DNA from: a virus
Lineage: Duplodnaviria > Caudoviricetes
Virus record (IMG/VR): IMGVR_UViG_3300043077_000092
Strand: one strand, 5' to 3'
Length of the DNA: 64,000 nucleotides
Shown: piece after piece, positions 1 to 9,809 of the stretch
Position numbering within the stretch: position 1 is the stretch's first letter
Layout of the letters: the number at the start of each line of letters is the position of its first letter
Notes under the pieces: generated by a model
Told to the model about the DNA's origin: nothing
Database searches by the model: none
What the model saw: the letters and a program-made list of their open reading frames with translations, nothing else
Position numbers and translations under genes: made by a program

Positions 1-2
1 AA

Positions 3-806
3 GATGTAACCATTAACCTTATCTTCAATGACCCATTCATCTATTTCAACAGAAATTGCATTCATGTATATGCAAGAAAGGATGATGAGTCTGAGGTTGA
101 AGAGATTGATACATTTGCTATTATGGTTGATGGTCAAAGTTACAGAGAAAGAAAAGCAGTATTTGGTGTAACCGCCTTCCCACATGGTGATCATGTTGAA
201 GTTAAACCGGAATTTCCACCCAAACCTATGTATACTGGGTTCGTTCACAGAAATAACCCATATGAGAAATCTTATCTCTCAAGACGTCGTCATATGAACG
301 TTCCTATGGAAGCAAAACCGGAAAGCAGAGCTATATTATATGGAGTTTCAGAGTGTGGTTCAATCATTATATCCATATCTGGATATACGGATTATAAATA
401 CTTTGGAGTATCGTTTGATGATAGGGCTCTTATTACACATCATAAAGTTCCGGGTAGAATGGATGATGGAGTTGATATGATTCCGGTTATCGAGTCAATT
501 AACTTTGTCAATGAAACCGTTATTGATGATACAGAGGAACCAAAGGAAGAGACTACAAGCACAGGAGATAATAATTCCGAAACGAATGTAGATACTTCTG
601 AGGTATCTGGTGGAGAAGATAACGTAACCCCTACAGAACCATCAGAAGATTCAGGTAAGATTGAAACTGATGAATCGGATAATAAAGATGATTCATCCGA
701 TAATCAGAATTCTACAGAGGAATCATCATCAAAGGAAGAACCCTCTACAACAGAAGGAGATTCTGATAAGAACAGTGAAGAGAAATCTGACGCAGAGTCA
801 GTATAA
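3..806 (+). CDS. Hypothetical protein, 5'-truncated by window edge, with acidic Ser/Thr/Glu/Asp-rich C-terminal tail
   Basis: Frame is open from position 3 through the ATG at 123; low-complexity tail; terminator follows. Confidence 0.7.
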   Translation, partial: DVTINLIFNDPFIYFNRNCIHVYARKDDESEVEEIDTFAIMVDGQSYRERKAVFGVTAFPHGDHVEVKPEFPPKPMYTGFVHRNNPYEKSYLSRRRHMNVPMEAKPESRAILYGVSECGSIIISISGYTDYKYFGVSFDDRALITHHKVPGRMDDGVDMIPVIESINFVNETVIDDTEEPKEETTSTGDNNSETNVDTSEVSGGEDNVTPTEPSEDSGKIETDESDNKDDSSDNQNSTEESSSKEEPSTTEGDSDKNSEEKSDAESV

Positions 807-815
807 CAAACAAAA

Positions 816-851
816 AAGAGTAGTTGGATGTTTTTTTATCCAACTACTCTT
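816..851. terminator. Bidirectional intrinsic terminator between convergent genes
   Basis: 14-bp stem AAGAGTAGTTGGAT / ATCCAACTACTCTT. Confidence 0.8.
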
Positions 852-880
852 AAATTTGTATTATATTCATATGATAGAAA

Positions 881-1624
881 TTACGCCTCTTCGACACTAA
901 CTTCAAGGGCTGCACTTTCAGCTTTCTTCTCTTCAGAAGTAGCATTCTTCTTAGAGTTTTTTCCTTTACCCTTAGAAGACTTTGCAGTATTGGCAGTATC
1001 AGTCTTTGCTTCCGATACCACATTCTCAGCATTAGCAGGTGCGGCTGCGGCATCTGTATTAGGTTGTCCAGCTTCAGTATTCTCATTTGCAGGAGTAACT
1101 GTTTCAGTAGGAGTTTCCCCAGATGACTCTGTTACCTGAACAGGGTTCTCCTCTGATGGAGCTACGCTCTCGTTAGTAGCATCAGCCTTTTCTTCAGCTT
1201 TTGCTTCCGATACCACATTCTCAGCATTAGCAGGTGCGGCTGCGGCATCTGTATTAGGTTGTCCAGCTTCAGTATTCTCATTTGCAGGAGTAACTGTTTC
1301 AGCGTTCTCGTTACTGGCTCCCTCCTGTTTGGGTTCTTCCTGCTTACCCTCTTCTTTTTCAGGCTCATCGTTCTTCTCCTCTGTAACAACTACCTTCTTA
1401 GGTACGTTATTATCCTGATCAAAATTCTGAGCGTTAAGCTGTACATCAGTTCCGTTTGAGAGTCTCTCCCAAACATCTGCTCTGTCCTGAGTAATCATAG
1501 ACCAGATACGGTCGGTTGACTCAAGATAAGGTGTTCTAATTGGTGCCATGAAACGACCACGACTTGTAGTTACGTTACCACGACTTCTAACGGTAATCAT
1601 CTTTGATGATATAGTTCTTCCCAT
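881..1624 (-). CDS. Hypothetical protein: small N-terminal domain plus long acidic disordered tail with internal duplication
   Basis: 247 aa ORF, AGGAGG RBS; duplicated peptide ETVTPANENTEAGQPNTDAAAAPANAENVVSEAK. Confidence 0.8.
   Translation of the reverse strand: MGRTISSKMITVRSRGNVTTSRGRFMAPIRTPYLESTDRIWSMITQDRADVWERLSNGTDVQLNAQNFDQDNNVPKKVVVTEEKNDEPEKEEGKQEEPKQEGASNENAETVTPANENTEAGQPNTDAAAAPANAENVVSEAKAEEKADATNESVAPSEENPVQVTESSGETPTETVTPANENTEAGQPNTDAAAAPANAENVVSEAKTDTANTAKSSKGKGKNSKKNATSEEKKAESAALEVSVEEA
1005..1302. repeat. Perfect 103-bp direct repeat (1005-1107 and 1200-1302), offset 195 bp (in frame)
   Basis: Direct sequence comparison. Confidence 0.95.
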
Positions 1625-1667
1625 TTCGTTTTAAATCCTCCTTCTTTATAATTTTTAATATGTCCGG

Positions 1668-1961
1668 TTAGATACCTTCCGGAATGAAACTTTCTGTAAG
1701 GTTCTCGACCTCGTCCTCTGCCATTTCATCAGAAGGTGGAATCTTTGCTAAAAGCTTTTCCATCTCAGCCTCATCTCCGACCCCGTCGCCTTCCATGTCA
1801 TCGTCAACAGTATCGTTATCGTCGCCTGTCAAAGCATCAATGATATCATCATCGATTGCCTCTTCAAACATTGCTAACTGTTCATTACTACTGTCTTCTG
1901 CACGCTGGCTCTGATTAATTGCCTCCATTAATGTAGACAAACCATGTGATGCGATTCCCAT
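1668..1961 (-). CDS. Small acidic protein, possibly a head/core protein
   Basis: 97 aa, AAAGGAG RBS, late-type promoter at 2018-2029, LME-A and LTE-S candidate cleavage motifs. Confidence 0.65.
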   Translation of the reverse strand: MGIASHGLSTLMEAINQSQRAEDSSNEQLAMFEEAIDDDIIDALTGDDNDTVDDDMEGDGVGDEAEMEKLLAKIPPSDEMAEDEVENLTESFIPEGI

Positions 1962-2029
1962 GATATTATCTCCTTTCTAATAAAATTATAGTATGTAATC
2001 TTAAATTACACCTTGATTACTTGCGTGTT

Positions 2030-3274
2030 TTAAGAGTATGAATTATTGAGGTACTCTCTGTACGCAATTAAAATGTATAGAACAATTGGTACCAGATAGA
2101 AATAGGTCTCTGAATAATCTGGTTCAAGTATTCCCTTAAGATCTTTTAAATCTTCTTCTGATAAGAACTTTTCAAATGTATTAGTCTGGAAATACCGAAT
2201 GATGATATTCTCCAGAATTGTAACTGAATTAGATTCCCTTATATGCTTTAAATCATATAACCAATTGAAATCCATATACTCATTTCTTGGATGTCTTGCA
2301 TTCTTATCTATATAAGCGTGAATTAAATAAACATTCTCTTCACCCCAATAAGAAAATGGGTTCGTTCGAGTTCTAGGAAAATCAGTTACATCATATAGAA
2401 GCTGATTGATACGATTAATATCTCTCATCTCTACAGCACGAAATACTGTCTTATTGTATTCTCCTCTAAAGGATTCATCCTGTTCAATTACAACTGGTTG
2501 TAAGATTTCAGTATAGTAATCCAACAAGTCATGGTTTAATATAAACTTTGTCAGATATGGATCATAGACAATATACTTCCCATTCGTATATCCTCTAAAG
2601 ATAAACGAATTGTATTTTCTACTAAAGAAAGTATCAATGTAATCTGACATAGCCTGACCTATGATATCCTTTATCTCTACTACGGTATCAAATACCTTAT
2701 TGGAGACAACACACTTCTCATTAGAACCGACATTATCCAAGATAACTTTCATATCCTGAACTGTAATATCAGCCAATTGATTTTCGTAATCTTCAGAGTC
2801 AATATCAACAACGTGCATTGGTACTTTATAATAGCCGCCAATCTTCATTGTCGCAATCTGGACATTATTAACCCTGAACATGATACTTCTTCCAGATGAG
2901 AATTTGTATAGCATATAATCATATGCGTTTGGAATGATTGTTCCGGGTGGGATAAGAGGTTCAATTTCAACTTCCATATCCATAATGCCATTATCATCCA
3001 ATCGCATTTCGATATTCTGCATATCTTTTGTAACACCAAAGAGTGGTAATCCTTCTATCTTATTATAACGGAATGGTGAATCTTTTCCAATAAGATTATC
3101 AGCGGTTTCTGTTCCTTGGGTAACTGTACTCTTCTTATCATTGACATTAAACCATGTAACAAGAATTGGATCACCCAAACCAGTGATACTAATAGAGGAA
3201 CCACTCTGGAGTATCTTATCAAGTTCAGACATCGTATTCTTTACAATAGCATCCGAATTTTGTAAATATCCCAT
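2030..3274 (-). CDS. Putative virion structural protein (possibly neck/head-completion)
   Basis: 414 aa; SPFRYNKI...PLFG...IPPGTIIP pattern recalled from jumbo-phage structural proteins; function is a guess. Confidence 0.45.
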   Translation of the reverse strand: MGYLQNSDAIVKNTMSELDKILQSGSSISITGLGDPILVTWFNVNDKKSTVTQGTETADNLIGKDSPFRYNKIEGLPLFGVTKDMQNIEMRLDDNGIMDMEVEIEPLIPPGTIIPNAYDYMLYKFSSGRSIMFRVNNVQIATMKIGGYYKVPMHVVDIDSEDYENQLADITVQDMKVILDNVGSNEKCVVSNKVFDTVVEIKDIIGQAMSDYIDTFFSRKYNSFIFRGYTNGKYIVYDPYLTKFILNHDLLDYYTEILQPVVIEQDESFRGEYNKTVFRAVEMRDINRINQLLYDVTDFPRTRTNPFSYWGEENVYLIHAYIDKNARHPRNEYMDFNWLYDLKHIRESNSVTILENIIIRYFQTNTFEKFLSEEDLKDLKGILEPDYSETYFYLVPIVLYILIAYREYLNNSYS

Positions 3275-3819
3275 TAGTATCCCTCCTTTCTTGAATCAAT
3301 ATCACTTGTCTTTTGCTTCAAGAACCAATTCACGAATCCGAGCAATATTTCAAAAGCTGAAACTAAACCCGCACGATCATCTAAGAATATATTATAGAAA
3401 ATCTTATTATCGTGCTCGTATTCTCTTTCAGCTTTAATTGCATCAGATTCTTCGTTTACATAATCACATTTGATATTTAACTTCTTACAAGTATCTTTCA
3501 CCATATTGATATCAGAGTTTAAAGTTCTTGCAGTATAGCATATCATTGTAAACCCTAAAGCACTACAAACCTGAAGAAGTTTGACGACAGGCTCACATGA
3601 AATACCCCCTTTAGACGGCTGTATCGTATCGTCAAAATCAAATGCGACGATAATATTACCATGCTCTTTATAATCATTGATTAATACGTCAATAAATCTT
3701 TGGTTTGTAAAGAATTCTTCGTAAAATCTATCCATTTCATTTAACGATTGCATTCGTTCTTTTATATCAGGCATCGTATCTGATTTAGTCAGATAATCTG
3801 CCACGGTTTGTAAAATCAT
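3274..3819 (-). CDS. HAD-superfamily phosphatase
   Basis: Motif I AFDFDDT, motif II YTAR, motif IV FLDDRA. Confidence 0.8.
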   Translation of the reverse strand: MILQTVADYLTKSDTMPDIKERMQSLNEMDRFYEEFFTNQRFIDVLINDYKEHGNIIVAFDFDDTIQPSKGGISCEPVVKLLQVCSALGFTMICYTARTLNSDINMVKDTCKKLNIKCDYVNEESDAIKAEREYEHDNKIFYNIFLDDRAGLVSAFEILLGFVNWFLKQKTSDIDSRKEGY

Positions 3820-3951
3820 TTAACATCCCTCCTTTAAGGAAATGTGGACTATACTAACAAAATTGGACAAAAAAGAATGAGTGATGGAAATTGTATTAAT
3901 CCCATCACTCATCCCGTATATCAAGTATACCCCTAATTAATTTGTTTGTAT

Positions 3952-4134
3952 CTATACCAAATCCGATACGTCGATACCATTTCTGTCTGCATAATCCTCC
4001 AGAACTTTCCCCAAGAATGACATAGTGTCCTCATTATCTGAAGCATTTAACTCCAGATACTCGTCACGATTGATTGATGTCAGTAACTCTGATAACATCT
4101 CACGTTTTTCATCGAGTGTAAAATCTCTTGCCAT
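3952..4134 (-). CDS. Small hypothetical protein (start MARDF)
   Basis: AAGGAGG RBS before ATG 4134; terminator 3877-3912 downstream. Confidence 0.7.
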   Translation of the reverse strand: MARDFTLDEKREMLSELLTSINRDEYLELNASDNEDTMSFLGKVLEDYADRNGIDVSDLV

Positions 4135-4162
4135 AGTTGAATTCCTCCTTTCTTTAGTTGAG

Positions 4163-4356
4163 CTATATTCGTGATAGTTTGATGTCATGGTTTCTTGTAT
4201 ACTCAACAATCATATTTTTGAGTAGTTTCACGCAATCACCCTCAAACTTATCATCACCCTGACTAATGTCGATGTATCCCCATCCAACAACTGACCGTAT
4301 GCATAATCCAACATCTCGCTTGTTGTATGAATGGTAGTTGAATTTGTCTCTCCCAT
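4163..4356 (-). pseudogene. Frameshifted small ORF resembling its neighbour at 3952-4134
   Basis: One extra G in the G4 run at 4278-4281 would join MGETN...LLDG to GYIDISQGDD...EYTRNHDIKLSRI. Confidence 0.4.
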
Positions 4357-4380
4357 GTTAAGTTTAACCTCTTTTCTGTA

Positions 4381-4917
4381 TTATGATCTTTCCCCAATAG
4401 AGATTCTTGCTATTGCAAATTCTGTGAATGTTGAAGGATTAACCACTGTAGTATATTCGTAGTTACCCTTAACCCTATCATACATTCTTTTCATTGCATT
4501 TTCAGTATCACCCTTTGCAATTCTCTCAACGTATAAGTTAAGACCATTACTTCTAAGAAGGGATTCGTATTGGTCATCCGTTATACAGGATAATCCAAAT
4601 ATATCTTCCAACGCCGCATTGCTAATTACAGTAGATGCTTTAGTCATTGTTTCAACCAAGAATCTCATAGTATCATCTTTTATAGAAGACGTATCAGTGA
4701 TAGGAGTTTTCCCGTCTATAATCTTTCCTACCTTGTAGCATACTGACATCTCTGCATTTAAAACAGCTATATCAGAAAAGAGTTTCTTAGTAATTCGACG
4801 ATGGAAAAAGTCATTATACACCACCAATATGATAATTACAATCATAAGTGTTAACATCACGATACCAAAGATGAGGCTAATGTGACCAGCCAATGTATTT
4901 AAGTCTAAATTTTTCAT
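4381..4917 (-). CDS. Membrane-anchored hypothetical protein
   Basis: N-terminal hydrophobic helix ISLIFGIVMLTLMIVIIILVVY. Confidence 0.7.
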   Translation of the reverse strand: MKNLDLNTLAGHISLIFGIVMLTLMIVIIILVVYNDFFHRRITKKLFSDIAVLNAEMSVCYKVGKIIDGKTPITDTSSIKDDTMRFLVETMTKASTVISNAALEDIFGLSCITDDQYESLLRSNGLNLYVERIAKGDTENAMKRMYDRVKGNYEYTTVVNPSTFTEFAIARISIGERS

Positions 4918-5946
4918 TTACATTTCCCTTTCTATGATAAATTTTTCTTTTGGTACACCGAAATCTTTCCCTATAGAATTTCGATATACTGAGAAGTTCT
5001 TTGTATAGAGTTTTAGCTGATTCCGTAGTAATTCATAATCCATAATGCTATCAGAATCCCGATAGATGTCAATGTATATATTGGAACCAACCAATCCTTT
5101 ATTGATGTAGTATAATAGAGGATTATAAAATGCACCATGATTTGTACTCATAAATATACAATCCTCTGCTATTCCGCCGTAGATATTATATACAACGGAT
5201 AAGATGTCAAACGGTCCTTCTGTAACAACGAACCGAATTGGATTTTGTGAAATCGTATTTATTCCATTCTTAATCGTAAAGAACGAATGAGCGTTTGATT
5301 CCATTCCGAATATATTGAATTTAACATATCGGAACTTATTCTTACCAGTAATATCACGAAGTATAATATACTCATTCTTTACAGATAACCATCCAATATA
5401 GTCCCTTTCGTAAGTCTCAATGAAAGGTTGATATTTCTTTAATAACGGAATATTATTTATCTGCAAAAACTCCCTGATACTGAATACTAACTTTAATCGC
5501 TCATAGTCTTCTAGCGGTACTTGAACTCCAATACGTTCATTCATATAACGAATTTTCCGTATGGTGTTTTGAGTCTTTCGTGGTGGTGGAATTATAACAT
5601 TGATTTCTTTGTTATTCTTGTACTTATTGACTCTAACTCCGCCGCTGCTATTAAAAGCCATTTTGTTAATTCTCTTCAATAACCGAATATCTTCATCATT
5701 ATCAGAACCAGTTATCATAGAGAACATATCTGGTGTAAGTAACCCAAATTCTCCACAATTGAAGCAGATATACTTTACAGGGTCACTCGGATCATTTGGA
5801 TCACAAACGATGTATAGTCGTTTCTTATTTGCATCCCTCTTTGAATCTCCGCATAAAACGCATCTTGTCTTTACACGGATATCTCCAACTGGAACGCAAT
5901 TTCTGTTATGCCTTAGTATTTCTAAGAATTCCGATTTATCGCTCAT
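4918..5946 (-). CDS. DNA primase (T4 gp61-like, Zn finger plus TOPRIM)
   Basis: CVLCGDS...CFNC zinc finger; VTEGPFD TOPRIM motif; DSD; KDFG. Confidence 0.88.
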   Translation of the reverse strand: MSDKSEFLEILRHNRNCVPVGDIRVKTRCVLCGDSKRDANKKRLYIVCDPNDPSDPVKYICFNCGEFGLLTPDMFSMITGSDNDEDIRLLKRINKMAFNSSGGVRVNKYKNNKEINVIIPPPRKTQNTIRKIRYMNERIGVQVPLEDYERLKLVFSIREFLQINNIPLLKKYQPFIETYERDYIGWLSVKNEYIILRDITGKNKFRYVKFNIFGMESNAHSFFTIKNGINTISQNPIRFVVTEGPFDILSVVYNIYGGIAEDCIFMSTNHGAFYNPLLYYINKGLVGSNIYIDIYRDSDSIMDYELLRNQLKLYTKNFSVYRNSIGKDFGVPKEKFIIEREM

Positions 5947-5960
5947 GATAGTTTACCACC

Positions 5961-6122
5961 TTATAGATAGAATATAATTCCAGTAATAGTGACTCCAGCT
6001 AATATAGCAGTTGCAACACAAACCAAGAACCATCGTGCTGCATCATCAAGTATATCATTTGCAACTGTCTCAGCCAGTTCATTTATTGCTTGTTTAATGT
6101 CTTCGGTGATTTTTCCATTCAC
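5961..6122 (-). CDS. Small membrane protein (53 aa, GTG start; not in ORF track)
   Basis: MNGKITEDIKQAINELAETVANDILDDAARWFLVCVATAILAGVTITGIIFYL; AAAGGCGG RBS. Confidence 0.55.
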   Translation of the reverse strand: MNGKITEDIKQAINELAETVANDILDDAARWFLVCVATAILAGVTITGIIFYL

Positions 6123-6330
6123 GGGTTTCTACCGCCTTTCTTCTTCTGTCTACTCCGGAAACTAAAGTCTCTGATATTGAAATTAAAATTGTACCTGCTA
6201 CAAATATAATAACCGCACACACAACAGCAGTTAGGTCAATGACTAAAAATACACTGTCGGCTAATCGATTAAAGAAACTTGCAACTTTGGTACAGGGTGA
6301 CGTTTTAGTGTAAACGCTATAAGTAGTCAT
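6094..6330 (-). CDS. Small membrane protein
   Basis: Hydrophobic stretch; GAGGTG RBS. Confidence 0.6.
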   Translation of the reverse strand: MTTYSVYTKTSPCTKVASFFNRLADSVFLVIDLTAVVCAVIIFVAGTILISISETLVSGVDRRRKAVETREWKNHRRH

Positions 6331-6385
6331 ATCTATTCACCTCTTTTCTTCTATTTTAGTAATAAGTTATACACCCCACAATCAT

Positions 6386-7138
6386 TTATTTGAACATAGG
6401 TATTCCACTGTTCAATGAGTTTAATACATTACAAGATAAAATAAGGAACATTTCCACCTTCTTTAACTCATCCAAATCAACATTATGGATTCTATTAATA
6501 CAGAAGATAGTCCATGAATCCGGACGAACTCCTAAGGAATAAAGTAAGGTAGAACCAGAATATATGTTGATTCTTGGTACATCTGTACCATCTGTAACAC
6601 CACTCTCTTCATACCGAACGGTATAACCTGACCGTACAAATACGGTATTTAACAGAAACTCAATTATCCCATACTTATTGAACTTATCAAGCACTGGTTC
6701 ATCAGTATCAGAACTTTCCTGAAACCAGAACGATAAAGCCAATCTACGTAACTGAATGATGGTAATAATCTCGTTTATAACATTCGCATTTCCCTTCCAA
6801 CTATCACGGGTTCTAATATCCTGACAGGTTGGTGTATCAGTTGTATTTGTAGAAACGAGTTGAATTTCATCAGCATCAATGCTGTTTATATAGATCGTAG
6901 CCGTTGGTACTTTCTTACCAGCTTCCAAACGAATTCTACGTTTGGTATAAGTAACTCCATCAACTGTATTCATCTGGAATACTCTACCACTTCCTACAAA
7001 CTCAGGTAAATCAATCTCTGTCTTTACCTTTGGTGAATTTCTTCGGATCTCAAAATCCTCTCCCAGAACTTTCAGTTCATCCCCAAGAATTTCCGTCCCA
7101 ATTTTAATAACGTCAATGTCCATTGTAAATGTTGCCAT
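6386..7138 (-). CDS. Hypothetical protein
   Basis: 250 aa ORF with AGGAGG RBS. Confidence 0.75.
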   Translation of the reverse strand: MATFTMDIDVIKIGTEILGDELKVLGEDFEIRRNSPKVKTEIDLPEFVGSGRVFQMNTVDGVTYTKRRIRLEAGKKVPTATIYINSIDADEIQLVSTNTTDTPTCQDIRTRDSWKGNANVINEIITIIQLRRLALSFWFQESSDTDEPVLDKFNKYGIIEFLLNTVFVRSGYTVRYEESGVTDGTDVPRINIYSGSTLLYSLGVRPDSWTIFCINRIHNVDLDELKKVEMFLILSCNVLNSLNSGIPMFK

Positions 7139-7246
7139 AATAGTACGCCTCCTTCAAACGTATTTTTATAAAATAAAAGATTGAAGTGGGGCAGAACTTA
7201 TTTCTTATCTTACTCCCACTTCAATCCTTATTATCATATGAATCTT

Positions 7247-8938
7247 TTAAATCTCATCAATGAAATTGAGCAACTCATCCGAAATGATATCCTCATTGAA
7301 TACAATAACCTCACCAGTCAATTCCGGCTGTTCATACTCTACGAATGTATAATTGTTATTAAGTACTCTTGAGATAATCTTTAAGATCGGATCATCTTTA
7401 AATCCCTCAATCATGATTGTATATTTATCTTTTACAAGATGCGTATATGTTGATGATGATTTCAGCTTATTAATGAATTTGCTGTTTTGCAGTAATCTAT
7501 TACTCACCTTTCCTTTAAGAAGGGAGCTTATAAACCACTGTAATTCTTTGTATCCTTTACTTGAAAGTTGCCGCTTGGCGATCACTACAAACTTCATGAC
7601 CTGCCTAATTGATGCGGACTTCAATTCGGTAAACCCACCGAACTCTTTTGCAAAATCATAATTTAACATATCGTTATGGAACTTATCCATATTGAACAGA
7701 TATTTCGTATAGAACGCAATCTCATCATCAGAAATCTTACCATAAGTACGTTCAAGACGAGAGATTACATCTGCAAGTGCTTTATAAGAGCGAACCGCCC
7801 TTGTCTCATCTACCTTTATCTGCATCTGTTCCAGTTTATCAATTCCTGATAATCCGTCTGGTCCTTTTTCTGCCGTTACACGAACTGGATCAAAGTTATA
7901 CTGAACCTGCTGAACGGTAAACTTTAACTGAGTCTCAATGATCGCCTTAAGGAAAGCAGAGAGTGCATTGTTAAACTGGAACTTAAAGAAATTATCGCTG
8001 AGTAAGAATTTCACCAGCAATCTATCCAACTGAGAAGACTCGGTTGTTCCTCTAAGAGCAGCCTGCTGTTCCCAAATAACATTGTGACCTTTATAGTGTT
8101 TCTTTACTTTCTTCTCTGTAAAGACATAGAGTTTCTCCTGAATTGCGTCAGCTTCATACTCGTCATTCTGATCACCAACCTTGTAGAATATGTCAACGAA
8201 CAAATCCAACATGATACGATTGATAAGTGGATCATTATCGGAATAGATGGTATTCGTTGCAATATAATGCTCTACCGGTGGGATGATAATCTTTAACATC
8301 ATACTGATCGCCAGAAGTCTCTTAATATCATCATTTGTAAAGTCATCTGGTCCATTAAACACACGACCAGTTTTCCTATCTATTGTAGCATCAATATAGT
8401 GGTTATCTTCCACCATCTTGTATATATTCTCTTTAAGATTATAATCTCTAAAGATTTTCCCCAGTAAGTGTTTTTTGAACTCGATAATTGTCAGAGAGTG
8501 TTTTCCATCATCGATGATGTTCTTCATATACATATAGAGCGTCATCAATTCTTTCTCCGGATCATAGAATTCTGTGAAGTAACTTAAGTACTGGCAAACA
8601 GGCACCAACTTATTCTGGAATGCCTTACGTCCTATTGTAAAAGTCTCCGCATCTCTCTCTTCTTCTTCAGTTTTGTACATGCTTGTTTTCATGGAGTGAG
8701 GCAAAGCTTTCTTAAAGTTCATACGTACATTTGGGTGCTCATCTATAATCCATATATCCTCTACGGATTTAGCTAGAGTACTCAAATCCATTGCTTTAAA
8801 ATATGCAATGTCTTTGTCTTTATCCTCTTCTTTGTCTTTCTTCTTGTTAGCGATGGCTTCAGCTAACAGTTTGTCGTACATTTCACGAGTGATAAAACCA
8901 GCCCACTCGTCAATTCTTACAAAATCTTTACTTGCCAT
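7247..8938 (-). CDS. Putative non-virion RNA polymerase promoter-specificity (sigma-like) subunit, AR9 gp226 / phiKZ gp68 family
   Basis: YLSYFTEFYDPEKEL and FTNDDIKRLLAISMMLKIIIP resemble the family as recalled; lies two genes from the chaperonin and near the primase; start MASKD after GAGGAGG. Confidence 0.6.
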   Translation of the reverse strand: MASKDFVRIDEWAGFITREMYDKLLAEAIANKKKDKEEDKDKDIAYFKAMDLSTLAKSVEDIWIIDEHPNVRMNFKKALPHSMKTSMYKTEEEERDAETFTIGRKAFQNKLVPVCQYLSYFTEFYDPEKELMTLYMYMKNIIDDGKHSLTIIEFKKHLLGKIFRDYNLKENIYKMVEDNHYIDATIDRKTGRVFNGPDDFTNDDIKRLLAISMMLKIIIPPVEHYIATNTIYSDNDPLINRIMLDLFVDIFYKVGDQNDEYEADAIQEKLYVFTEKKVKKHYKGHNVIWEQQAALRGTTESSQLDRLLVKFLLSDNFFKFQFNNALSAFLKAIIETQLKFTVQQVQYNFDPVRVTAEKGPDGLSGIDKLEQMQIKVDETRAVRSYKALADVISRLERTYGKISDDEIAFYTKYLFNMDKFHNDMLNYDFAKEFGGFTELKSASIRQVMKFVVIAKRQLSSKGYKELQWFISSLLKGKVSNRLLQNSKFINKLKSSSTYTHLVKDKYTIMIEGFKDDPILKIISRVLNNNYTFVEYEQPELTGEVIVFNEDIISDELLNFIDEI

Positions 8939-8996
8939 TTGTACAAGATCCTCCTCTTCGCTATTCATGTAATATAATATATTTACGAAAGCATAC

Positions 8997-9803
8997 TTAC
9001 CTTTTCTTTATAGTTCCTCGGGTCTTTTGAATCGGGTTTTTACGGTGGGCAGTCTTTGCAATCGTTGAAGAAATCTTTGGCATAGTACCAATGCTTCTTA
9101 TTAACGATGCGGGACTACCTTCTGTATGCAAAATTTTTCCCGATGAACCTGCTTTATTATGGTTTACTTCAGACTGTTTCTTTTTCTTTAATTTGTCTGC
9201 TGCCTTATTATATTCATCCATAATTTGACTTAATGTCCTTATATGGGATACCAAGTATTTCTCATCATAGACTTTAGCAACAGCCTCTAAAGTAACACGG
9301 TTCATTTTCTTTGAATCCATAATATAACGAGCAGCAAAGTAAATATACTTATCGTACATAACATTTTGGTTACGGTTTCTTATATCTGGGGAATCAGTTG
9401 TAGGCTGTTTCCCCAGTTTGTCTGCTAATTGAGGTATAAGCAACCCCACCTTATTGTACACGTAAGCATACGTGTACGCAAAGGATGGTGTATTTGCGAA
9501 GACCTGAAAATCGTACTTGGCTATCGACATATCACGCCGATGTTTTTTCTCGCTGTCAAAGAAATGATAGACTACGTCATAGGTGTTATCACGTTCGGTT
9601 TCGGTTGGTATTACTAGCCAGAACCAATATTCGTCGTTTGCACCATTTCGATAAATCTTCATCTCAATTTGTTTTTGTCTACCTTTAGAGCCATCTGTAA
9701 GTTTGTCATACTTTGCAGATAATGCTCCAATGATAAGCGTCTTATTCGGGATTGACGCATCACCTTTACCGATTGGATTTTCAAGGAATTCTGCTAAATA
9801 CAT
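8997..9803 (-). CDS. Hypothetical protein with basic C-terminus
   Basis: 268 aa ORF between chaperonin and putative RNAP subunit. Confidence 0.7.
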   Translation of the reverse strand: MYLAEFLENPIGKGDASIPNKTLIIGALSAKYDKLTDGSKGRQKQIEMKIYRNGANDEYWFWLVIPTETERDNTYDVVYHFFDSEKKHRRDMSIAKYDFQVFANTPSFAYTYAYVYNKVGLLIPQLADKLGKQPTTDSPDIRNRNQNVMYDKYIYFAARYIMDSKKMNRVTLEAVAKVYDEKYLVSHIRTLSQIMDEYNKAADKLKKKKQSEVNHNKAGSSGKILHTEGSPASLIRSIGTMPKISSTIAKTAHRKNPIQKTRGTIKKR

Positions 9804-9809
9804 GGCTAT

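Noticed and set aside
828-1459. Overlapping ORFs here and similar short antisense or alternate-frame ORFs throughout the track
   Set aside because: Shadows of longer genes, without their own RBS
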